From positions 482,511 to 502,510 of the forward strand of contig JABVCE010000028.1 of NCBI GenBank assembly GCA_014905635.1: DNA of 20,000 nucleotides, written 5' to 3'. This DNA comes from Scenedesmus sp. PABB004 (taxonomy: Eukaryota). Below, in pieces: positions 10,301 through 19,353 of the stretch (positions are counted from its first letter, which is position 1; each line of letters opens with the position of its first letter). Made by a program: the position numbers and the translations under genes. The notes beneath the pieces are model-generated. The model was not told the DNA's origin. It did no database searches and was given only the letters and a program-made list of their open reading frames with translations.

Positions 10301-13300
10301 AGCGGAAGCGGCGCGCGCGCGCGCGCACCGAGCGGCTCGTACGCGGGCGTGCCCGCAGGCGGCGCCGGCGGCGGCACCCTGCGCGCGCGCGCGGGCGCGG
10401 GCGGGGCCGCGCCGCGAGCAGCTGAGCTGCCGGCGCGCCGCGCGCGCGGGGCGCGAGCGGGCGGCGCGCGCGGGGCCGCCCCGCTCACGTGTAGACGCTG
10501 TTGGCCCCCGGGCCGCCGCACAGCACGGTGTCGTCGCCCGCGCACGGCATCCCGCAGCGGTCCTCGGGGAGGGCGCCGGCGCTCGTGGCGAGGGCCAGGT
10601 CCAGCCCTGCGCCGCGCGGGCCGCAGGACGGGGCGGGGCGCGCGCTGGGCGGCGGGGCGTCGGCGCGCCGCGCGGGGGCGCCCGCCGTCCAGCGCCCCCT
10701 GCGTCCCTGCCCCGCGCGCGCCCAAAACGCACCGGCCCAGCACTCTACGCCAAACTGGACGCCGAAGACGACGTACTGCGCCGCCGCCGCGCGGCGCGCG
10801 CACTCGTTGACCGTCATGGTGTCCACCGCGACGCCCAGCAGATTCGGCACGCGGCGCGGGTCGGCGTCGGCGTAGCAGCTGCGCGGCGCCGCGGGTGCGC
10901 GGGCGCGCGGGCGCGCGCGCGGCCGGTCAGCCCGCCGGCTCATGAGCCGACGAGGTCTTGCGAGGCGCGGCCCGGCGCGGCGCGGCGCGGCGCGGCTCAG
11001 CGCGGCGCGGTGCGGCGCGCACCCCTGGTACGCGAGCCCGGGGACGGGCGGCGGCGGCGGCTCGACAAAGGGCTTTGGCGGCAGGCGGTACACGCTGTTG
11101 GCGAGCGCGCCGCCGCAGGAGCTGCGCGGGGCGGCGGGCGCGCGGTCCGTCGGCCGGCCGGCGCGGCTGGGCTGCGGCCGCGGCGAGCGCGCGCGCGCAC
11201 ACCCGACGGGGTTGGCGGGCGTCGTGCACTGGGACGTGCACGCCTCCGACGGGCCGTAGCGCAGCGCGGTGCTCTCGTTGCGGCCGCCGTAACACTCGGT
11301 CGCATACTGCACCGCAAACACCTCGTAGTTGGCTGCGCGCGCGGCGCGCGAGCGGCGGCAGCGCTGGGCTGGGCGGCCGGCCGCGGGCCGCGCGCGCCGC
11401 GCGGGCGGGACCGCCGCGCGGCCGCAGGCCCGCGCGCGCCCGCGCCGCGCTCACCCTTGGACGCGTGCGCGAGCTGCGCGCAGGCATCAACGGTCATGGT
11501 GGGCGAGATGAGCAGCAGTGTGGGCACCGCGCGTGCCCCAATCACGTCCGCGAAGCAGCCTGGGGGACGCGGGCGCGGGCGCGGCGCCGTGGGCGGGGGT
11601 GCGCGCGGGGCCGCGCGCGGCCGTGCGCGACCGTGCGCGCGTACGCGCGCGCGGTCGCCGCCGCAGCGCACCCAGCGACGTGATGTTGAGTGTGGAGAGC
11701 GTGCCGTTGGGCAGCGGCGACGGCTCTGACACCGGCGCCGGCGGCGCGGGGCGCAGCGGCTGCGTGTAGATCGTGTTGGCGAGCGGGCCGCCGCAGTCGC
11801 CCACGGGCGCCTGCTCGCAGGCCATGTTGCACTGCGTGCTCTCGCCCAGGCTGGTGGCGCGCACGAGGTCGTTGCCAGCCCTGCGGCGCGGCGGCGCGGG
11901 CGCTCGGCGGCGGCAGAGCGCGGCGGCAGCGGCGCATCCAGCCCCGCTCGCTGCCGGCGCCGCCGCCGCACCAGCACTCAGCGCGGTACTGCAGTGCAAA
12001 GACGGTGTACCCGCCCGCCCACGCGAGCTGCGAGCACGCGTCGGCCGTCATGGTCGCCCTGGCGGCCAGCTGCGTGCTGATCATCCGGTCGAACGAGTCG
12101 GCGTAGCAGCCTGCGGGGCGGTTCAGGGCTCTGTCGGCGGGCGGTCTGGCGGCGGCGAGCGCCGGGGGCGGTCCGCGGCCGCCGCTGCGGCTCACCCAGC
12201 TTGGTGAACACACGCTCCACTGGCGCCGGGCTGGGTGAGGCGGCCGGCTCCGGCGAGGGGCTGAGCGAGGCGACCGGCGCCGGCGAGGGACTGGGCGAGG
12301 CAGCCGGCTCCGGCGAGGGGCTGGGCGACGCGGCCGGCTCTGGCAAGGGGCTGGGCGACGCGGCCGCCGCCGGCGAGGGGCTGGGCGAGGCAGCAGGCTC
12401 CGGTGCCGGGCTGGGCGAGGCGGCCGGCGCCGGCGAGGGGCTGGGCGAGGCAGCAAGCTCCGGTGCCGGGCTGGGCGACGCGGCCGGCGCAGGCGAGGGG
12501 CTGGGCGACGCGACCAGCGCCGGCGAGGGGCTCGGGCTTGGGCTTGGGCTGGGGCTGGGGCTTGGCGAGACGCCGTCTGCGGCGGCGCGCGCTGCGGCGT
12601 GAGCCGCGGCTGCGCGGCGTCGGGGCGCTGCGCGCCTGCCCGCCACGCGTGCCTGGGAGAATGGAATACATGGACAGCGCGAAGCCGCCGCCGCACGTCG
12701 TTGACGGGTCGCCGCCGCAGGGCGCGTTGCAGTTGCTGCTCGTGCCCAGCGAAGTGGCGAAGATGAGGTCGTTGGAGGCCCTGCGGCAGCGGGCCCCCGG
12801 AGTGGCGTCAGCCGCGCCCGCCGCCCGCCGCCCGGCGCCGCCTGGTGCAGCCGCGCCCGCGGCCGGCCGGCCGCGCGGCCACGCTGCAGCGCCGGCTGCG
12901 CGGCGCCTGTGCCGCGGCTGGTGCGCACCAGCACTCGGTGAACCACTGTAAAGCGAAAAGCCGGTAGCCCTCGCTGCGCGCCAGGTAGGCGCAGAACGCC
13001 ACCTGGGGGTTGGTGAGTGAGGGGTTGAGAGAGGGGGGTTCAGAGTGGAGGCCCCGGGCCCCCGAGCGCGCGCGCCGGCTGCGCGGGCCGCGCCGCCTGG
13101 CTGCGCCCGCCCGCCCGCGCGTGCGCGCGCATCGCGGCGCGCGCCGTCATCGCCGGGTCGCCCCAGAGGAAGGTCATGCGCCGCGCGCCGCCGTCGGCGA
13201 AGCAGCCGAGGTAAGACGTGGGCACCGCGTCGAGCGCGGGCCGGCGAGGTCGAGGATGCGGAACTGCGGCGGGCGCGGCGGGCGGCAGGCGCGGCGCTGG

Positions 13301-14080
13301 TGGGTGGCGCAGCCGCGGCGGAGGCGCAGCGTGCCGCGGCGCGCGCGCGGCCGGCCGCTGGGCGCGGCGGGGCGGGGGCGCGGCGGGGCGCACCAGGCTC
13401 AGCGCGTAGGGCCCGCCGCAGGTCTGGGTCGCGTTGCCGCCGCAGGGCATGGTGCAGGCCGTGGACGGCCCATAGGCGCCGGTGATGGCGTCCAGGTCGC
13501 TGCCGCTGGCCACGTAGCACTCGATGCCGTACTCAACGCTGCGCGGCGCCGAGCACGGCGGCGGCAGCGGCGGCAGCGGCGCGGTCGCGTCAAAGGCGCG
13601 CGGCATCGCGCGCGCGGCCGCACATGGAGCAGCGGCGCGGCTGCGGTCAACGGCGCGCGGCGTCGCGCCACGCGCGCCGCCGTGCTGCGCGGCGGCATGA
13701 GAACGCCCGCGCCGCCTGGGACCGGCCCAAGGGCGCGCGCCGCGCGCGGGCCGGCGGGCGGCGCGGGCAGGCGCGTTTGCGCAGGCAGCTCGCGCGCGCG
13801 CTGTCCGCCGTGTGCTGCGGGGTCGCGGCGGGCGGTGCTCGGCTGCGCCCGCGCCCGCGCACCCGTACAGCGACTTGCCACGCGCCGCGGCGAGGCCTGA
13901 GCAGCGCTCGACGGTCATTGAGCCGGACGCGGCGGCCAGCACTGGCATTGCCCGCGCCGGGCCGTCGCCATAGCAACCCAGCGACTCGTCCGCGCCATGC
14001 ACAGAAGACAGGAGGCTCGCGAGCAGGGACAGGCCCACGAGGAGCGGGAGGCGCCTCGCGGCCCGCCAGGCGCTCGCCAT
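4344..14080 (-). CDS. Secreted copper radical oxidase (CAZy AA5, glyoxal/galactose oxidase-like): signal peptide, 6 WSC domains, SP-rich linker, catalytic propeller, DUF1929-like Ig domain, CBM-like domain, tail
   Basis: About 38 exons assembled by hand. ATG 14080 gives MASAWRAARRLPLLVGLSLLASLLSSVHGA (signal peptide). Six GC(Y/F)xD...C...EC(W/Y)...C...C....CGG...s.Y repeats follow. Catalytic motifs: RDASCG (Cys 9233-9235), GRWYGG (Tyr 8685-8687), VLPNGKVLIING, WIYDP, ARFYHGSA (Tyr-His 6868-6873), IEYFTPHY, TTHSSNMGTR (His 6113-6115), APANSYIAQPGFYLL. Two apparent 1-nt frameshifts (~13239 and ~4700); the end at 4344 depends on correcting the second. Confidence 0.9.
7539..7573. repeat. Intronic 10-bp tandem repeat (CCTGCGGGGC) x3 with degenerate flanks
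   Basis: ccctgggccctgcggggccctgcggggccctgcggggccctgccc in an intron of the AA5 gene. Confidence 0.85.
9755..13990 (-). other. Array of six WSC carbohydrate-binding domains within the AA5 gene
   Basis: WSC1 ~13990-13250 (LGCYGDG..CGGPYALSLF), WSC2 ~13215-12655 (LGCFADG..CGGGFALSMY), WSC3 ~12200-11765 (LGCYADS..CGGPLANTIY), WSC4 ~11680-11085 (LGCFADV..CGGALANSVY), WSC5 ~11030-10490 (QGCYADA..CGGPGANSVY), WSC6 ~10340-9755 (LGCFADD..CGGQYAISLY). Confidence 0.9.
12220..12570 (-). repeat. Coding tandem repeat: (SP)n followed by about ten 30-nt units encoding xPAASPSPxP
   Basis: Plus strand repeats of ~CGGCGAGGGGCTGGGCGAxGCGGCCGGCxC; translation SPSPSPSPSPSPSPALVASPSPSPAPAASPSPAPELAASPSPSP..., all within one exon (12576-12196). 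Confidence 0.95.
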
Positions 14081-14965
14081 GGGTGAGCAGCAGCGCACGC
14101 CAAGGCGTCCCGTGAGCGCCAGCGGGCGCGCGTAAGCTGGTCCACAGACCGGCGGGGAGAGTTTGGCGCGGGGCAGAGCCGGCGAAACGAGCGCGCGGAC
14201 GCAGCGGCCGCAGAAGCCCGAGCGACCGGCTACAGCCTCTGCCGCGAGGCGCCTGCGCACGCGCGCCGGCGACAGCGCCAGAGCTCATGTGCGCCTCGCC
14301 GCGGCCGCGGGCGCCGCGGCGCTCGCCCGCGCCGCGCCAGCTCGCCGGCGTTGCTCCGCCGCCCCCGCGCGCGCGGCGGGCGCCCGGCGGCGGCGCCAGT
14401 CCGCACGCGCGGCTCGATCAGCGCGCCGCAGGGGGGGGGGCAACGCGCGCCGCAGTGGCCACGCGCCGCCGGCCGTCCCGCCGCCGCCGCGGTCAGCTGC
14501 TCTCGCCGCGCCGTCGGCGCTGTTCGTTGGTCTTAGGTGGGAGCGCGGCAGCTCCTACAGTCACACACCCAGAGCAGCTGCCCGTCAGCCGAATGCCGCC
14601 GATGCCGCCCGCCACACTTGCCGCCGCTGCTGCTGTCTCACCGGCGACGGCCGGTGCGAGGCGCACAAACCCAATCTTGGCCATGGAACTCAATCACCAG
14701 CACTTGACCTTCTTGACAACGAGGACGGCGCGCGTCGGCGTCGGCAAAAAACGCGGTCTGACAGGCGCGCGGCCGCAAACGCGCCCGGCGCGCCCAGCCG
14801 CCACCCTGCCCCCCCGCCGCGCCCAGCGTCGTTGATCGGGCCTCCCCGCACCACCACCGCACGCCCCGCGCCAGCCCCCGCAGCAGCCCCCGCGCGCAGC
14901 ACCGCCCGCCTCCAACCCGCAGCGACGCAACCGGCCGCCCGCGCGGGCTAGAAGGTTCAGGATCC
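14081..14965. promoter_or_regulatory. Divergent intergenic region (5' UTRs and promoters) between the AA5 and KCS genes
   Basis: 885 bp separate two outward-facing ATGs, with a less GC-rich core at ~14520-14760. No specific motif identified. Confidence 0.55.
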
Positions 14966-17900
14966 ATGGAGTTCAGCCTCTGGGAGTACCTTTGCGGCGG
15001 CGGCGGCGGCCAGGTGCGGCCCCTGGAGGCGCGCGAGCGTGATGGCGGGCCCGCGGCGCCGCGGCCAGCCCGGGCGACGCCGGGGCGCGCCACCGGGCGC
15101 AAAGGACAAGGATGTCGCAGCGGTCGCCCCTGAAAGCCCGCAGCGCCGGGCGCGCGGCGCGCTGGGGGGGCACAAACTGAAGCAACCGCACCTTCAGCGC
15201 CGCGCGCGCGCTGCTGCGCGCCGCCGCCGCCGCCGCCGCCCGGCCCACCCGCCGCCGCCGGCCTCCGGCGCCCACGCGACCCGCAGGCCCTGCCCTGGCC
15301 GGCGCTCGCGCTCGCGGCGGCCGTGGCGCTCGCGCTCGCGGCGCTCGCGTTTGCCGCGGGCCGCCGCCAGGCGCCGGTCTATCTCCTGGACTTTGTGGCC
15401 GCCCGCCCCGACGACAGGCGCGCGCGCGGCCGGCACGCGCGCCCGTTCACGGCCGCGCCGCACGCCGGCGCGGGCGCAGCGAGCCTCCTGGGCTCCGGCC
15501 GACGCGCGCGCCGACGCCGCCGCCCCGGCCCCGCCGGCCGCCCCCCTGCGCCCCTGCGGCGCGCAGCTGGAGCCACAGCCGCGCGCAGATCGAGGCCGCG
15601 GGCGAGGCCAGCAAGTTCTTCTCGCAGGAGACCTTTGACTTCCAGCGCAAGGCGCGCCGCGCCGCTCGCCGCCCGCCGGCCGGCTGGCGGAGCGCGCTCC
15701 CGCTCGCGCCCCCGCCGCACCGCGCGCGGCCCGCGCCGGCCGGCCGGCGCCCCACACACCCCGCGCCCGCCCGCCCGCCGCCGGCCCCCTCCCCGTCGCC
15801 CCGCCAGGTGCTCTACGCGTCGGGCCTCGGCAATGAGACGTACAGCCCCGACTGGCTGCACAGCTTCCCGCAGGACACCTCCATCGCCAAGGGCCGGCTT
15901 GAGTTCTCCATGCTTGCCCTCACCGCCACGCGGTGAGGGCCGCCGGGGCTGGCGCGGCCTGGGGCTGCTGCGAGAGCCGGCAGCCGGCGGCGCGGGGCGC
16001 CGGACCGCGCGCGCGGCGCCACGCTGCCCGCGGTTGCCCACGCCGTCGCGCGCCCGCGCGCGCAGGGAGCTGTTTGAGCGCACGGGCGTGTCGCCGGCCG
16101 ACGTTGGGGTCGTGGTCGTCAACAGCAGCGTGTTCTGCCCCACGCCCAGCCTGGCGGCGATGGTGATGAACCACTTCAAGATGGCCCCCGACACCATCCA
16201 CTTCAACCTCGGCGGCATGGGCTGCGCCGGTGAGAGCTTGTTAGCCCCTAGGGGCTGCTGCGCGCAGCGCGGCGCGGCGCCGGCATGCGCTGCGGCCGCC
16301 GACGCTGACGCGCCGCCACGGCTGTCGCGGCCGCCGCGCCCGCAGCGAGCCCGATCGCAATCGACTGCGCGCGCCAGGCGCTCGCGGTGAAGCGCAACAC
16401 CTACGCGCTCGTGCTCTCCACCGAGGTCATCACCCAGGTGCGCCGCAGCGCCCGCGCTCTCGCCCGCACCCGCCGGCAGTCGGGCGGCCGCCGCTCGGCG
16501 CAGCCTGGGCGCCCGCTGGCCGCGCCGCGGCACGCCCCGACCCGCCGCCCGCGCCGCCGCCGCCCCTGCCTGCCCGCCCGCGCCAGGGCGTGTACACGGG
16601 GACGCAGCGCAGCATGCTCGTGCCCAACGTGCTCTTCCGCAGCGGCGGCGCGGCGATGCTGCTGACCAACAAGCCAAGCGAGGCGCGGTGCGTGGCCGAA
16701 CGCACGCGCGCGCGCATTCGACGCGCCCGCCCGCGGCCCCGGCGCCTCCGGCCCGAGCCCCGCCGCCGGGCGGCCGTCCCGCCCCCGCACCCCTGTGGCC
16801 GCCCCCTGAGCCCTGAGCTGCCCCCTGAACCCTGGACCCTCGTTGTTAATAACAATAACAATTTCCCCGCAGGCGGTCCAAGTACGTGCTGCGCCACCTC
16901 GTGCGCACGGCGGTCATGGCCGACGACGCCGCGTACGGCGCGGCGGTGGAGATGGAGGACGACGCGGGCATCAAGGGGATCAAGCTCTCACGCGAGCTGC
17001 CCCGCATCGCCGGTGCGCGCGCGCGATGGTTGCAAGTGGGGGCACGGGAGCTCTCGTGCGCGCGCGCGGCGCAGGGCAGGGAGGCGGGGAGTGTGTGCGC
17101 ACGCGGAGGAGGCCGACGACGCGCGCGCCGCCGGGCCGGCGCCGCCGCTGACTTGCCCGCAGCGTCGGCGCTGCAGCTCAACCTCGCGCAGCTCGGGCCC
17201 AAGGTGCTGCCGTGGAGCGAGAAGCTGCGCTTTGCGGCCAACTGGTCCGCGCGGCGGCTGCTGCGCCGCGCCGACCTCAAGCCGTACCGCCCCGACCTCC
17301 AGAAGGCTGCCGCGCACATCTGCATCCACACCGGTGCGCGGCCGCGGGCGCGGCGCGGCGCGGCGCGCAGCGCCGGCCCCCGCGCGCGGCGCCTGGAGTT
17401 CGAAATGCCAGATTTTGAAATGCTGACACACCGCACGGTTTGAATTCGAATGTGAACGCAGGCGGCAAGGCCGTCATCGACGGCATCAAGGGCGAGCTGT
17501 CGCTCAGCGACGCGACGTGCGAGCCCAGCCGCGCCGCGCTCTACCGCTACGGCAACACCAGCAGCAGCAGCCTCTGGTGCGCGCGCGCGCCGCCGCCGCC
17601 GCTGCGGGCGCCGCGGCTCTGTTTGGCAGCGCGCAGGTCGGGCTGGGCAGCGGCGGCCCGCGGCTTGCGCGCACCCGCTCACCCGCGCCCGCCCGGCGCT
17701 GCTCAGGTACGTGCTGAGCTACATCGAGTCCTTCAGGGGCTCCGCCGCGGCGACCGCGTGCTGCAGCTGGCGTTCGGCTCGGGTGCGGCGCCGCGGCGGG
17801 CGCAGCACGGGCCGGCGGGCGCGTGGCGGCCGCGGTCGCTGCGCGGCGGCCGCAGCGGCGACCCCTCCTGACACGCGCGCCCACCCCGCCCCCTTTGCGC

Positions 17901-18278
17901 TCCCCCAGGCTTCAAGTGCAACAGCGTGGTGTGGGAGGCGACGCGCAGCTTCAAGTTTGCGCACCCGGCGTGGCGGGTGCGCAGGCGGCGGGCGCGCACA
18001 GCGAGGCCGGCGCTGGGGGCTCGCCCGCGCCCTCACCCACGGCCGCTCATCCGCGCCCGCGCCCGCGCCCGCGCCCGCTAGGGTTTTGACCTCGCGGCGA
18101 TGCAGGCCGACCTGAAGACCATGGAGGTGCAGCTGAAGGAGCTGGTCGCGCAGATGGCGGCCAACGCGGCGGCCAAGGCCGCGGCGCCGCGCCGGCGCCG
18201 GCGCCGGCGGCGGACAAGGCGATGGGCCGCGTGCCGAGCCTCGCCGACATCGCGCGCCGCGAGAAGGACCAGGCGTGA
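14966..18278 (+). CDS. KCS: 3-ketoacyl-CoA synthase (FAE1/KCS-type very-long-chain fatty acid condensing enzyme)
   Basis: 13 exons: 14966-15013, 15287-15417, 15567-15651, 15808-15932, 16066-16229, 16346-16437, 16587-16687, 16873-17012, 17163-17333, 17462-17576, 17707-17782, 17909-17976, 18082-18278. Motifs [46 protein letters not shown] (Cys 16223-16225), [34 protein letters not shown] (His 17327-17329), [11 protein letters not shown] (Asn 17554-17556), [20 protein letters not shown]. Apparent 1-nt deletions at ~17737 and ~18189. First exon and exact stop are less certain. Confidence 0.95.
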
Positions 18279-18540
18279 GGCGCGAGCCCGGCACGGTGGC
18301 GCGCGACGCGCGGCGGCGCGCCAGCGCGGCGGGCGCAGTGACCGGGGCGGCCGTGACCCGAGGAGGGGGCGCGACCTTGAAGGGGCTGACAGGGCCTGAC
18401 CCGCGCAGCGGCGCGGCTGACTGGGCGGGGGGGGGGGGGGGGGGCGGGATGACCTGACTTTGGCCCCTGCGAGCGCTGCACAAAGCGTGGAGTGTCGGAC
18501 GAGGCCCCCGCGGTGCGCGCCGCGTGTGCGCGGGGTGCTG

Positions 18541-18545
18541 TGTAA
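18541..18545 (+). terminator. Putative polyadenylation signal TGTAA of the KCS gene
   Basis: TGTAA about 260 nt downstream of the inferred stop. Confidence 0.55.
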
Positions 18546-19353
18546 GCGGCGTCAGCGGCAGGCATGGTGTGTGTGCTGTGGGGATTTCGTTCGCACGCAC
18601 TGGGTGGGCAGCCGCACCGGCCTGGCTGCGCGCAGCAGGCAGGCGTCGGACATATGTGTGCGAGCTGCCCGACGACGAGAGGGTGGGTCCCTAGAAGGGG
18701 GTGGCGGGACTGCCTTGCTCGCCGCAGCAGTGCTGGCGGCGCGCCGCGCGGCTGCGAGCGGGGCGGCGAGGCGGCGTCGCCGCGCCGCCGCGCCGCCGCG
18801 GTCACTGTGTGAACGTCTGCGCTGTTCGAATAGCTTGAGGGGCCCTAGAGTGCGGCGCCAAGCGGCGCCGAGAGAATTTGCGGGGCGCCAAGGTCGCCAC
18901 GAGCAGGCTGACGGGCTGGTCCCAGCCGCCCGCCGCGCCTGGCGGTGCGAGCTGCCGCGCGCCCACCGGCGCGGCAGCAGCTTCTCGAGTCGTGCGCGGA
19001 CTCTGTCGATGGAGCGGGGCGCGGGCGAGTCGTGGCGAATCGCTGGGCGGCGCCGCTGCCGCGCGGCGGCGGCGCCGGACCACACAGGACAGGCGAGGGG
19101 TGGCGCCGCGCAAGGCGCTGGCTGGCTGGTCGCGTCGGCGGGGTAATCAGCCTTGGCTAATAGGCACAGAGACATCATTACTCAGCGATCGCAGAGCTCC
19201 TGCCGATCCGCTGGTGCCCCACACGCGTCCCCCGGCCCCCTGCACCTGGCGCGCGGCCTGTCCCGAGTGGCCGCCCCCAGTCCGATGATTGCTGCTGCTG
19301 CTGCTCCTGCGCGTGCACGCTGCGCACGCGCCTGCCGCCACCCGTGCGCCGCC

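Noticed and set aside
12220..12530. Regular 30-nt repeats that might suggest a CRISPR array
   Set aside because: Tandem units without unique spacers, in frame within a eukaryotic exon.
16243..16256. Perfect 14-bp palindrome AGCCCCTAGGGGCT in a KCS intron
   Set aside because: Single short instance with no flanking element structure.
17730..17745. Programmed ribosomal frameshifting in KCS
   Set aside because: No slippery heptamer; the same 1-nt loss pattern recurs in unrelated genes, favouring sequencing error.
18460..19340. ORFs between the KCS and UAP-like genes
   Set aside because: No recognisable motifs or coding-like composition; consistent with convergent 3' UTRs.
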